Origin: Octopus sinensis
Taxonomy: Eukaryota
Length of the DNA stretch: 64,000 nucleotides
Assembly (NCBI RefSeq): GCF_006345805.1
Contig: NC_043002.1
Span: 13,144,001 to 13,208,000, forward strand
Direction of reading: 5' to 3'
This document shows positions 37,600 to 50,157 of this stretch, one piece after another. A program made the translations under genes and the position numbers. The notes beneath the pieces are model-generated. The model saw only the letters and a list, made by a program, of their open reading frames with translations. It was not told where the DNA came from and searched no databases. Every line of letters begins with the position of its first letter. The stretch's first letter is position 1.

Positions 37600-38764
37600 C
37601 CGCTATCGGCCCAACGGCAAGTTAGAGGCGTGTTGAACTGTGAAGGAAGAATCATGACTTCTTTCTCTTTGTGTTCTGTCCTCACCTTTGAAACACGCAT
37701 GGAGTCGTACTAGGGACAGCTGATGAAGGGGAATTTTCCTTGTGTTGTTTGTCTTGTACTCTGTTTTTTCGTTGTTAAAAAAGGTCCGTTTCCATGTTTG
37801 TTTTTACGTTTTCGTTTCTCGTTGAATTCTACGTCTATTTGTGGTGTCCTGTACTCACGTATATATATTTATATATACATGTAGATGTAGGTACGTACAT
37901 ATATGTATGCATGTATGCATATATTTTATTTATTACACTATTGTATGACTGAGCGCCCTTGCGTCGTTTCGTTTCCTCCAAATAAGTTTTTATATATAAT
38001 TATGACGCGAAACTCTATAACATTTGCTTGACCTTCCCTTCCTTCCTTGTCTTCCTCTTTGCCTGTCTCTCTTTTTCACCCTTTCTGGTTTCCTTTCCTC
38101 TCTTCTCTCTCTCTCTCTCTCTCTCACTCCTCCTCATCTCTCTCACAGCCGGCGACCACTTCTTTCGCTTGCGGCCTCCAACAGTGAACACGCTTTTTTC
38201 CTGCGCTCTTAAAAATCTTTCCTCGTCTAGGCCAAAAAGGCCCTCATTGTTTGTTTTCTTGTTTGTTTTTATTCTTGTACGGTATTTTTTGTAATTGTAT
38301 TTTTATTTTGTATTTTATTTTGTAATTATTTGTATAGTTTTTTTACGTCCTGTTTTGTCACATTTTTTCTTTCCTTGTTTTTTACCCTTGCCAAAGGAAT
38401 TTTATTTAATTCTTTCGCAGGAAGGGCTTAGTTCGACGAGTCGTTTTCTGTCCTCAACCTTCGAACACGCATGGAGTCGTACTAGGGACAGCTGATGAAG
38501 GGGAATTTTCCTTGTGTTGTTTGTCTTGTACTCTGTTTTTTCGTTGTTAAAAAAAGGTCCGTTTCCATGTTTGTTTTTACGTTTTCGTTTTCTTGTTGAG
38601 TTCTACGTCTATTTGTGTCCTGTACTCACGTATGTATATTTATATATGCATGTATATAACATGTAGATGTAGGTACGTACATATATGTATGTATGCATAT
38701 ATTTTATTTATTACACTATTGTATGACTGAGCGCCCTCGCGTCGTTTCGTTTCCTCCAAGTAAG

Positions 38765-38766
<2 letters not shown>
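37600..38766 (+). mobile_element. Non-coding element with two ~315-bp direct repeats (37674-37988, 38446-38766): PLE partial tandem or retrozyme-like
   Basis: Near-identical repeats each carrying CTGATGAAGGGG, pyrimidine-rich spacer, (TA)n flanks. Confidence 0.7.
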
Positions 38767-38808
<42 letters not shown>

Positions 38809-38947
38809 GTATATAGGTTATGAGAGGTAATGGTGTCATTGAGACCTAAAGTTGCCAGGTAATGCTGAATAAGTGCTATAGGTAGACCACCTCACTCTGT
38901 TTTGTGTCATATCTAAATTATTACTTAACTATCCTCTCACACCGTCT

Positions 38948-38984
38948 CCGATGAAGGGATATAATAAATATCCTGGAAACAGTC
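38948..38984 (+). ncRNA. Degenerate hammerhead-like motif
   Basis: CCGAUGA-A-GGGAUAU-AAUAA-AUAUCCU-G-GAAAC-A-GUC; 7-bp stem II, but stem I not evident. Confidence 0.45.
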
Positions 38985-39106
38985 TGTTATATATTTTGAG
39001 TATTGTTATCACTAGCGATATCAAGATATAACATTGTATTTTGTATTTTATGTGTAGATGTATATATATATAGATGTACATGTAATATGTACACACACAC
39101 ACACAC

Positions 39107-39139
<33 letters not shown>

Positions 39140-39534
39140 CTAAAGTTTAATTAGAGGTTGGAAAAGCCTCATTAAGGAACAGTAATATCCAATGAATTAT
39201 TGGTCCGTTACCTAGTATTTGTTGTGAATTTTAATTACAATACTCATGAATAATAGTTAAATAGGTAAAGCAAGGTTTATATTTGTTCAAGAAAAGTAAG
39301 AAAATGGAGATACATCAATAAATATTTATATTTATTAACTGCAAAAATAGACATGATATCTAACAACTGTTTGGATTCATATATTAAAGATTATAGTTTT
39401 ATAAAGCAGAATCTCGCCTGAAGCAGAAAAAGAAAGATATACCAATATATTATTAGGTTTTAAGTATACAGAACATTACAGCAAACCGAGTATTGTTATA
39501 TGGACAATTTTGGTATAAACCTTTTAAGGGTGTA

Positions 39535-39934
39535 TATTTAGAGGGGAAGTCAAGATTGACCGTGAACTCTGCTGTGCATGCGCACTACGTTTTGACGTTC
39601 TAGCTTACTTCCGCTGTTTACAGCAGTGCTTGGAAGGAACATGTGTAGTGTCATGGTCACATTGACCATGACAAAGCAAGTTGAGCAGAGATCTCTTTAC
39701 TCTTTTTCTCTTTTTTACTTGTTTCAGTCATTTGACTGTGGCCATGTTGGCGCACCACCTTTTTAGTCGAGCAAATCGACTCCAGGACTTATTCTTTGTA
39801 AGCCTAGTACTTATTCTATCGGTCTCTTTTGCCGAACCGCTAAGTTACAGAGACGTAAATACACCAGCATCGGGTTGTCAAGCGATGTTCGGGGGGACAA
39901 ACACAGACACACAAACATACACACATACACATAC

Positions 39935-40013
<79 letters not shown>

Positions 40014-40745
40014 TATATATATATACACATATATACGACGGGCTCTTTCATTTTCCGTCTCCAATCCACTCACAAGGCTTGGATTGGCCCAAGGCTAAGT
40101 AGAAGACACTTGCCAAGGTGCCACGCAGTGGATTGAACCCGGAACCATGTGGTTCGTAAGCAAGCTACTTACCACACAGCCACTCCTACGCCTATCTGTA
40201 TAAAATTTTGCCAAAAGCTTAGCGATACCTGCTCAGAGGTCTACGTAAACGTTTCAAAAAGTTTTCATCGTTCTCGACATAATCAAGAAGATCTTATGCA
40301 ACTCAAACCCGAGTGTCTTTTTGGTCACCTGATAGCAGTTTTGGCACATACTTGGCGGACACGCATCACATATCCAAATTTCCAGTGACAATGGACTGAA
40401 CTAAGCCGTAACAAATTGCACATCCACTGATAACTCATGGATTTCCCCTTACAGTTGCACGCACATCTGCGATGTTTTTCTCAGTTCTGCTCATTGCGGG
40501 TCTCCCAAAACGTTCGTCAATATCGACATTTTTTCAGCCATGTTGGAAACGTCTGAACCACTCGTGTACTTGCGTGTGCTCATACACTGCTCTCCATACA
40601 CTTTCTGCAGCTTTGGGTAGGCTTTTGAGCATGTATCACCATGACAACTTTCTGCCATGGTCAATGCGACGATCATACACTACACACCTTCCTTCAAAGC
40701 ATTGCTGTAAACACCAGAAGTGAGCTGGAACGTTAAAACTTAGTA
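39535..40745. mobile_element. Rearranged mariner relic made of two convergent 5' halves, the left one interrupted by a SINE
   Basis: Plus strand MTKQVEQR|SINE|ICIKFCQKL; minus strand KLQKVYGEQCMS..RFQHG..DIDERFGRP..DLLDYVENDENFLK; both preceded by the same 5' non-coding sequence. Confidence 0.7.
39693..40193 (-). mobile_element. SINE family 1 inserted in the mariner relic
   Basis: Full-length copy; ATCT duplicated at the junctions. Confidence 0.88.
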
Positions 40746-40849
40746 TACATGCACAGCAGAGTTGAGGTTCAATCTTTGCCAAGCACCTTCACCCTAGATG
40801 CTTTAGGTTCGTTACTATGGCAACAATTCGGATACTTATTGATCAGAAC

Positions 40850-41172
40850 TCGTAAGCCTCAGTGGTTAAAACGCCAGGCTTACAGTTGTGAGGCTATGAT
40901 TTCGATTCGCGGACCGGGTTGTGTTTCGTTCTTGAGCAAGACTCTTTATTTCACGTTGCTCCAGTTCACGCAACTGTAGAAGTGAGATACGACCTCATTG
41001 GTGCCAAGCTGTATTGACCTTTGCCTTTCCCTTGGATAACATCGGAGGCGTGAATAGGGAAAGCCGGTATGAATGGGCACTGCTGGCTTTTCAGAAACAA
41101 ACTTGCTCGGACTTGTGCCTCGGAGGGCAGCGCTCTAAGTGCAATCCCAGGGTCCTTCGTGACTGCAGGTTT
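40850..41172 (+). mobile_element. SINE family 3 relative, diverged
   Basis: CTCAGTGGTTAA..TTCGATTCGC head, TTCTTGAGCAAG, TTTCACGTTGCTCCAGT. Confidence 0.65.
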
Positions 41173-41241
41173 TTTTTACGCATTACTCTTTATAAATACA
41201 CACACACACACACACACACACACACCATATATATATATATA

Positions 41242-42175
41242 TATACATATACTCACATACACATCTGCGTACATCCATACGTACATACATACAAACATAC
41301 ATACATACATACATACATACATACATACATACATACATACAGATATTCTTTTGTACCTTAAGCACAGGGCCCGAAATTTTGGGGGAGGGGCCAGTCGATT
41401 AGATCGCCCCCAGTACGCAACAGGTACTTAATTTATCGACCCTGAAAAGCTGTGAAAGTGCGACCTTGCGGAATTTGAACCACAGAACGTAAAGACAGAC
41501 GAATACTGCTAAGCAGTTCGCCCGGCGTGCTAACGGTTCTCCGAGCTCCCGCCTACATACAGATATTAATGAAGTGAAAACAGCTGCAATTTATGAGAGG
41601 TATCATTGTTTGTATAAAATATTTAATTGAACTGTATTCATAATTGTTCAATTTATTGTTTTGCTTCCCCATTTCTGATATACATATACATATATATATA
41701 TATATATACATATACTCACATACACATCTGCGTACATCCATACGTACATACATACAAACATACATTACATACATACATACATACATAATACCACATACAT
41801 ACAGATATTCTTTTGTACCTTAAGCACAGGGCCCGAAATTTTGGGGGAGGGGCCAGTCGATTAGATCGCCCCCAGTACGCAACAGGTACTTAATTTATCG
41901 ACCCTGAAAAGCTGAAAGTCGACCTTGGCGGAATTTGAACACAGAACGTAAAGACAGACGAAATACTGCTAAGCATTTCGCCCGGCGTGCTAACGGTTCT
42001 CCGAGCTCGCCGCCTACATACAGATATTAATGAAGTGGAAACAGCTGCAATTTATGAGATGTATCATTTGTTTGTATAAAATATTTAAATTGAACTGTAT
42101 TCATAATTGTTCAATTTATTGTTTTGCTTTCCCATTTCTGATATACATATACATATATATATATATATATATATA
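41242..42175. repeat. ~463-bp tandem duplication containing (CATA)n, a SINE family 2 copy (minus strand) and flank
   Basis: 41242-41704 and 41705-42175 differ mainly by small indels. Confidence 0.9.
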
Positions 42176-42176
42176 A

Positions 42177-42435
42177 CTAGCAGTATCGCCCGGCGTTGTC
42201 CGGGTTTGTAAGGGAAATAACTATATAAGCATTTATAGAGAGTTACTTCCCTTATATAATAGCCAAAAATGCATTAAAAATGGAAAAAAGTGATGGTAAA
42301 TTTTTTTTTAAATCGTAGACTCATCGTAGACTCATCGTAGACGCGCGCTAATACCCTGAAGCAAAATGTGGGAGTAGTTAGGAATCTAAATCGTAGGAGA
42401 TAGACACCACACAACTTCACTTTTATATATAAAGA
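42177..42435 (-). mobile_element. Non-autonomous Helitron
   Basis: Minus strand: A|TC start, CCCGG-ACAACG-CCGGG hairpin, terminal CTAG|T. Confidence 0.75.
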
Positions 42436-42455
42436 TATATATATATATATATACA

Positions 42456-42730
42456 TCTCTCTATATATAAAACTGAGAATGTGTGTCTGTCTGTCTGTCT
42501 GTCTGTCTGTGTGTTTCCCTAAAACTTGAGATCAACACAACCAATTTCATTCAAATTTTACACATGCCTTACTTAGGGTCCGGGGAGTGGCATCGGCAAA
42601 AACAATGTTCAACTTCTTGCCTAGAGCGAGCCCATAGCAATATCATATCTTCTCCACTATTTCAGTATTACGTGTTAAAAGTGAAACAAAAACATTTCTC
42701 TATTTTATGTCAGATGCTTTCACTTTAACA
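42456..42730 (+). mobile_element. Helitron/DINE-1-like 5' portion, head-to-head with 42177-42435
   Basis: TC..TATATATAAAA start followed by (GTCT)n; 3' hairpin-CTAG not found. Confidence 0.55.
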
Positions 42731-43204
42731 ATAAAAATAATAATAACAATTGAATTATATGTAGTAATTAATAACTAAAATCAAACTAAAGTATAATATA
42801 ATCGTAATATAAAAAAAGTAAAAATAGCAATTGGTATAAAATTGCATCAATGTCTTGAACTTGAATAAGTGGTTTCACATGAATGGGAATAAATTGAAAA
42901 TAAAATTAGCGTGCAGAAATGGAATAGTCCAGATGGACTATTATACATAAAGGACTATAGCTTCAAATGCGTACTGTTGTTATTATTATTACTGTTTAAC
43001 TATTGTTATCACGTTTGTTGGTTCCTCGTAAGGGAAACGTTGTTGTGTTGCATTTGTTAAATAATTGTAAACTGTAACCCTCCCCCTTTGGGAGAAGGAG
43101 CTTTGGTTATTGTTTAAAAATTGAATTGTATCCCTATTTGGGGAAATTGACAATATTTTCACCGTTTACACGGAAGCATTTTTGTTCGATAGAAGAAAGT
43201 CCAA

Positions 43205-43525
43205 AAATGAATTTCGCTGCAGCCGTCGGCGGGCGCGAACTCATTAAAATTAAAATGGAAGAAATACGAACCTATTTCAGATTGATTACCGACAAAGACG
43301 GTGAATCTAGGATAACACCAACAAACGAAATAAAAAATTGAATTAAAGAAAAGACTATTGTCTATAAAGTATACAATGTAGAGAAAAAAAAAGATTTGAA
43401 CATCTGGAGGAAAGCACCATCGAAAAGTGTCTTGGTGCGACTATGAAAGATAGTCGCGGTAAATTCGCCACAATAGAAGCAAGGTTCGAGTCAACGGAGC
43501 GTGCAAGGGAGATTATCCTACAGTT
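43205..43525 (+). pseudogene. Probable diverged Tx1-type ORF1 fragment
   Basis: KEKTIVYKVYN resembles EKKTIVYKITN of copy 1 ORF1, and KFATIEARFESTERA resembles KFAHVQVVFQNEELA. Confidence 0.45.
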
Positions 43526-44087
43526 TTCGGGCACTACGCTTAATATTTCTTATTTGATAATCAATTTCTTAAACTTAAGGCTTTCTTTGCCAGTTCTGGA
43601 TCACTATATACTCTTCTTCAATTCAGAATGTTCCTAATGAACAGGACTAATGCTTAAAGACTTAACGATTTTTTCTTATTTGATTTGTGATGGAGACACT
43701 TACAGGAAAAAATTATTCTCCATAAAATAATCGCTTCGGAAGTCCGAAATCATCATAACGGATGACATGACCAACTCAGTGCAGATATATCACTGATTCA
43801 CTGAGTCATTCATCACTGATTCAAGATAACGTGATACGCTCAATTGCGAGCCGTGTTACGCTTATCATAAATAAATCTGTGAGAACATGTGCCGACCGGT
43901 GATCAGTCAAAGATTCTGCTTGTCCAGCAAAAAACGCAGCTTAGCGACCAACGGCAAAGCTCAGTTTTCCCAGAATCTACTGATTATCGTCTGTGCTTAC
44001 ATGGCCATAGGGTAAGGATTCTTTTTGGTTTTTTTCATTTGGATTTATGCAATCTTACCAACAACATGAGACCAGTGAAGAAAATAT

Positions 44088-44285
44088 GTGACTGCGTGCG
44101 TATCTTTGGCGACTTTCATTTTCTCCGTCTTCCCTTCGTTGAATTTTTCCTTTTTTCTATATTTCTGATGAAGAGCTCTGCTCGAAACGTTAAATCCTCT
44201 TCCTTTCTTTCCTTTCCTCAGCGTCCAATAACACTATACTTGTTCCACGTCCTCGCGTTGTTGTGTTTTCATTTTGGATTACTGC
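44088..44285 (+). mobile_element. ~200-bp hammerhead-containing short element (family A), canonical core at 44165
   Basis: AUUU-CUGAUGA-A-GAGC-UCU-GCUC-GAAA-CG-UU-AAAU; same ends as 45128 and 58352. Confidence 0.8.
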
Positions 44286-44492
44286 AATATATATATATAT
44301 ATACCATTCATATATATACAGATCATCTATATATACATACATGTATATATTATACATACATATATACATATATACATATATATATATATCTACATACATA
44401 CATAAATACATACATATACGCACACCACACCATACTATATATATATTATATATATATTATATATTATATATAGATATATATATATAATATAC

Positions 44493-44665
44493 AGCGCAGG
44501 CATGGCTATGTGGTAAGGAGCTTATTTTCTAATTACATGGCTCTGAGTTCAGTCCCACATGACACTTTGATCACGCGATTTCTACAACAGACTAGGGGCG
44601 ACCGAACTCTTGTGAATAGATTTGGATGATGGAAACTGAATGATTCCCATTGTATGTGTGTGTGT
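44493..44665 (+). mobile_element. SINE family 1, diverged 5' part
   Basis: AGCGCAGGCATGGCTATGTGGTAAG, GAGTTCAGTCCC. Confidence 0.65.
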
Positions 44666-44828
44666 ATGTGTTGCATGTGCGTGCATGAATGTGAATTTTG
44701 CATAAATGTATGTGCGTGTATGTAGGAACGTATGTATATATATTATATACTATATATATATATATATATATATAACTTTTTTTTTTTTTTTCCATCTCCA
44801 TCTCTCATTTATATATATATATATATAT

Positions 44829-45012
44829 GCCGTGATAGATCGCTAGCCACTACTCATTCTTTATTTTCTCCCTATTTTCTTTCTGTTTTCATTTCTGTGG
44901 AAGAGCGTAGGCTCGAAACATTAAAGACTTTTTCACTTCCCGAGCGTTATACTAATACATCTGCTTGTTGTCTACACCACCTCTCTTCGTCTTTTGTTTT
45001 TTTGTGAATTCT

Positions 45013-45015
<3 letters not shown>
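44829..45015 (+). mobile_element. Solo pLTR of the 9207 PLE family with degenerate hammerhead (core CUGUGGA at 44895)
   Basis: Homologous to the reverse complement of 9207-9415 and 36598-36780. Confidence 0.8.
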
Positions 45016-45047
<32 letters not shown>

Positions 45048-45127
45048 ACAGGCAAGGACAGAGAAAGGGATTAAGTCGATTACATCGGCCCCAGTGCGTA
45101 ACTGGTACTTATATTTAATCGACCCCG

Positions 45128-45333
45128 GTGACCGCGTGTGTACCGTTGGCGATATTTTTCCCTCTGTCTTCCCTTCTCTGGATCTTTCCTTCTCCTATGT
45201 TTCCGACGAAGAGCTCCGCTCGAAACGTTAAACCCTCCTTCTTTCCTTCTTTCCTGAGCGTCCAATAATACTATATTTGTTCCACGTCCTCGCGTTGTTG
45301 TGTTTTTTTTGTGCTTTCTTGTTTGGATTAACT
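45128..45333 (+). mobile_element. Family A hammerhead-containing short element
   Basis: GUUU-CCGACGA-A-GAGC-UCC-GCUC-GAAA-CG-UU-AAAC; (TA)n tail. Confidence 0.82.
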
Positions 45334-45920
45334 ATATGTATATATATATATATATATATATTGAGAAAAAGGGAGGCACTGCTTCAAACACACACACAGA
45401 CGCACACACACACATATGCACGCACACTGTGTGTCTGTTGCTGGGTGTTTGTGCGCATATACTACACATGCAGTTTTGTACAGATGTCTCGCATACCAGA
45501 CTATACACCCACTCATTGCAACACACATGTTACATATTACACATGCTCTCTCCACCCTTACTCTTTCTCACCCTTTGTCTTTCTCTCACACATCCACCCT
45601 TCTTATTCAATGGCCTACCCCTTTTCTCACCATGTCTGGGTGCACACTAACCTTTCTTATATGACTCCTTTGCTGCTTCCATCTTTTCCCCTTCCAGTTC
45701 AGATCCTTGTACCTCTCTCATTCCCTTTTTCTCCCCCTCCCTGCCACTCTCCTTCTACCCTTCCCCCTCTTTCTCTTTCCATTTAATGCTTTTGTCTCCT
45801 CTCACCTTCCCTCATTATTATCTCACCATCCATCCATCTATCTGCTTTAAATATCTTCCTAAATTACGAAGCTGAAGGACAGAGCAAAATAACATCCTCC
45901 CTTACTCCTTTTCCGGCTGC

Positions 45921-45940
45921 TGCTGTTGCTGCTGCTGCTG

Positions 45941-45990
<50 letters not shown>

Positions 45991-46430
45991 GCTACTGCTA
46001 CTACTCATTCTCTCCTCCGTCTTCCTCTCCTCACTTTACTCCTACTCCCCACCTCTTCATCCTTTTCTTTTTTCTTTTGTCTTTTCTTCTTTTTCTCCTC
46101 CTCATCCTCGTTGTTGTGGTGATTGTTGTTGCTCTTCTTCTCCTTCTTTTTCTCCTTGTTGTTGCTGTTGTTGTTCTTCTTCTTCTTTTTCTTCTCCTCC
46201 TCCTCTTTCTCCTCCTCCTTCTCCTCCTTCTTCTCCTCCTTCTACTTCTTCCTCCTCCTCCTCTTCTTCTTCGTCTTCTTCTTATTCTACTTTTTTCTTT
46301 TTCTTCTCCTCCTCCTCCTCCTCCTCCTCTTCTTCGTCTTCTCTTTCTTCTTCTTCGTCTTCTCCTCCTCCTCCTCCTTCTTCTCCTTCTTCTTCTTCTT
46401 CTTCTTCTTCTTCTTCTTCTTCTTCTTCTT
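45921..46430. repeat. Trinucleotide field (CTG/CTA, GTT, CTT/CCT)n
   Basis: Direct reading; source of the poly-L/S/F ORFs. Confidence 0.92.
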
Positions 46431-46551
46431 TCATAACATTTTCTCCTATATGAAGGTCAGTAAAGCCGTAGATGTATCTCTGTAGTCTTCCAGTCTGCTG
46501 GAAAGAGCAGTAAAACCTCCTTCAAATCACACTGGTACCATCCTAAAAATA

Positions 46552-46690
46552 CGCAGGCGTGGCTGAGTGGTAAAAAGCTTGCATCCTAACCACTGAAGTT
46601 CCGGTTTCAGTCCCAATGCGCGGCCCCTTGGGCAAGTGTCTTCTACTATAACGTCGGCTTGACCAAGGGGAAACTGAAAGAAGCCTGTCG

Positions 46691-46728
<38 letters not shown>

Positions 46729-46935
46729 GTGTGTGTGTGTGTGTGTGTGTTTGTGTTTGTTCTCCCCTACCGCTTGTATGTTTACGTTTTTTGTAACTTA
46801 GCGATTCGGCAAAACAAAATACCAACAGAAAAAGCACTAGGATTTAAAAAGTTCTGGGGCAGATTAATTCGACCCCAAAATTTCTCTACGGCGGTTCTCC
46901 AGCATGGTCGCATTCTAACAACTAAAACAACAAAT
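46552..46935 (+). mobile_element. SINE family 1, diverged, internal deletion
   Basis: Head, GGGCAAGTGTCTTCT, central microsatellite, 3' body. Confidence 0.75.
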
Positions 46936-47030
46936 GAAGATTATAATATATACATATACATACATACATACATACATACATACATACATACATACATACA
47001 TACGTACATACGTATATACATATATATATA

Positions 47031-47106
<76 letters not shown>

Positions 47107-47624
47107 CACACACACACACACACACACACAAATGGGACAAAAGCGCAAAATATCCAGACAGATGATACAAAGAAAACAAGGACGAGTCAGTCAGAGTTTT
47201 CTTTCCTCAGTCGAGTTCCAGATTATCTTTGCAATTTTGGCTGGTTATACTCGAGATTTCTCCAATCTGGCTAGCCCCAAGGAAAAAACTAAGCCAAGAG
47301 CATTAGATTCCTTGGAGAAAGCAGCGAATGTAAACGAAAACAAGGACGGGAAAAAAAACGGAGAAATGTTACACAAATACAAATGCAATAAACAGGACAT
47401 AACAACAGGTGTCTTGCGACTAAGGACGAATTAAATTAAGCTGGCGTGTGTGGAAGTAAAACCTTACGGCAAGGATATACAGGCACAGGGAGGAATATAG
47501 ATGTTGGACGGATGGTAATCGAACCAAGAGATAAAGGTCAAGCTTGGCCGAACACCGGTCACGTGGGGTGAGAAGTGAGAGAGGTAGAGGCAGAGGGGTA
47601 GAAGAATTAAGGAGGGGACGAAAA

Positions 47625-47837
47625 CTTATTCTATCGGTCTCTCTTGCCGAACCGCTAAGTTACGGGTCGTAAACACACCACCATCGGTTGTCAAGCGATG
47701 TTGGAGGACAAACACAGACACACAAACATACACACACACACATACATACATACATACATACATACATACATACATACATACATACATACATACACACACA
47801 CACATACGCACACACACACACACACACATACACACAC

Positions 47838-47873
<36 letters not shown>

Positions 47874-48047
47874 CACACATATATAGGACGGACTTCTTTC
47901 AGTTTCCGTCTACCAATTCCACTCACAAGGCTTTGGTCGGCTCGAGGCTATAGTAGAAGACATTTGTCCAAGGTGCCACGCTGTGGGAATGAACCGAGAA
48001 CCAATTGTTTGGTAAGCAAGCTACTTACCACACAGCCACTGCTGCGC
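47625..48047 (-). mobile_element. SINE family 1, tail truncated
   Basis: As other family-1 copies. Confidence 0.85.
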
Positions 48048-48088
48048 ATATATGTAAAAAAAAAGACACTATTTTATTCGAAGATTCC

Positions 48089-48132
<44 letters not shown>

Positions 48133-48564
48133 ACACACAGAAATCAACAACAACAACAGCAACAACAAAAACAAAGTAAATATTTTAATAATTTAGAATC
48201 GGCAGATGTCTGCCAATAGTAGACAAAGCCGTTTTCCCATACTAGTCATATTCTCTGAAATACCACACAAAGTGTTGCATTGTTGATTCTATGAAAGAGG
48301 CTCTTATTTTTGCAAAGTACTGCGCGAACCAATCGCCATTGTCATTCTCACTCTTACCGCCACTCTTTGGTGCTGCACCTTTCACTTCGCTTTGTTTTGT
48401 TTTGTGTTTCGTTTTTACTACTGAGTTCCCGATTCTTCACTCTCGTTTTAATTCTTATTTCTCTTCATCTTATCTTCACCATTCCAGCTACACGTTTTAG
48501 TGTAGTATTATATTCTTTGAATAACTAACCCCCCTTACCACCACTTCCTTTCGTTATTCCCTCT

Positions 48565-48590
48565 CATCATCATCATCATCGTCATCATCG

Positions 48591-48643
<53 letters not shown>

Positions 48644-48689
48644 GTCGTCTTCATCATCGTCATCATCACCACCATCATCATCATCGTCG

Positions 48690-48727
<38 letters not shown>

Positions 48728-48790
48728 GTCGTCGTCGTCGTCGTCGTCGTCATCACCACCACCGTGTTCGTCATCATCATCATCATCATT
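48565..48790. repeat. (CAT)n/(CGT)n trinucleotide tract
   Basis: Direct reading. Confidence 0.95.
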
Positions 48791-48944
48791 GCATTCATGA
48801 CCAGAAATCTACATAATTACACTCATCATACCACTGATATTACTACTGCCAATCCTCGCCGACACTCCACCATCGTCATTGTCAGTCATATCAGCACCCA
48901 CACCATCAACACCATAAAGACCACCACCACCAGTATCCTTTCTA

Positions 48945-49280
48945 ATATAGGCACAAAGCCTGAAATTTTCGGTGGGGTGGGGAGGGGTGAAAGGCAAAGT
49001 CGACCTCAGCGGAATTTGAACTCAGAACGTAACGGCAGACGAAATACTTATTTCTTTACTGCCCACAAGGGGCCTAACACAGAGAGGACAAACAAGGAGA
49101 CACAAACGGATTATGTCGATTATATCGACCCCAGTGCGTAACTGATACTTAATTTATCGACCCCGAAAGGATGAAAGGCAAAGTCGACCTCGGCGGAAAT
49201 TGAACTCAGAACGTAACGGCAGACGAAATACGGCTACGCATTTCGCCCGGCGTGCTAACGTTTCGGCCAGCTTGCCGCCT
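48945..49280 (-). mobile_element. SINE family 2, dimeric composite
   Basis: Head at 49280; junction AAAGAAATA|AGTATTTCG near 49048. Confidence 0.85.
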
Positions 49281-49740
49281 TTTATTGAATATTATTGATC
49301 TGATTCGGAAAAACTGAATTAAAAGTTGTAAAATTAGAAACAAGTTCATGCAAATGTACAAAAATTGAAGACTTCGCAAATTGGTATCTGTTATTCTTTT
49401 GTTACCATGACTACGCTTAACGTTTTCTCAGAGAGAGTAGACTGTAACCAACAGGTTATCCGTCAATTGAAACATTGTTGCGCAACACAATTAATCTTAT
49501 TAGGCTGATTGCTAAATAGCGTAGCATTTTAAAATTAAAAATAGCGTTTCGTAATTAATTGTTTGGCAGAGCGGATCAGAACAGCTGTCAGTATTGGACA
49601 GCCCAACCCGTAGAGGGAATAATTGACAGAGTTTGTTAGATATCTTCTTCTACAAAACATCTGTTAGATAAATGTCATATGTACTCTTGTAGACATCCGT
49701 ACATATATATTTCGCCGCAGTTAGCAGCAGAACAAGTCTT

Positions 49741-50157
49741 CGATCTTTTCGGTTTGAACGGCAGTTTTTTCTAGCCGCGTCATATGAAATTGTCACCCAA
49801 AATTATGACCCTAGTATCGATCTATTGCATTTCAATCTGTTTTACGGTTAGGGTTAGGGGTGGTGAGAAGGGTATCTTTTTTTCTTCCCAAATGTAAATA
49901 AACCCAATCTGTTTCTTAAACGAGGGACATATTCACACGGTACAGAATGTTTTCACCTCAATAGACGTCATTAATTGATTGAAATTGCAGAAATTGAAGA
50001 AAAACAGCAACAAATATCTTACATACTATAGAATTTTCTCAATAAAGCCAAGAGAAAAAGATGTTTTATAAACACATTCTACCAGTATACGAAATTTTAA
50101 AGTGCTTAGTTACGTGGAAATTATTTTTAAAAACTGCCGGTCAAACCGAAAAGATCC
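49741..50157. mobile_element. 417-bp MITE with ~29-bp TIRs and a probable 8-bp TSD (Merlin- or hAT-like)
   Basis: TIR GATCTTTTCGGTTTGA(A/C)CGGCAGTTTTT at both ends; flanks CAAGTCTT (49733-49740) and TAAGTCTT (50158-50165). Confidence 0.8.

Noticed and set aside
47110-47560. Further family-B-like pLTR with CUGAGGA on the minus strand
   Set aside because: Only local resemblance, GAAA absent and no second copy in the window to confirm.
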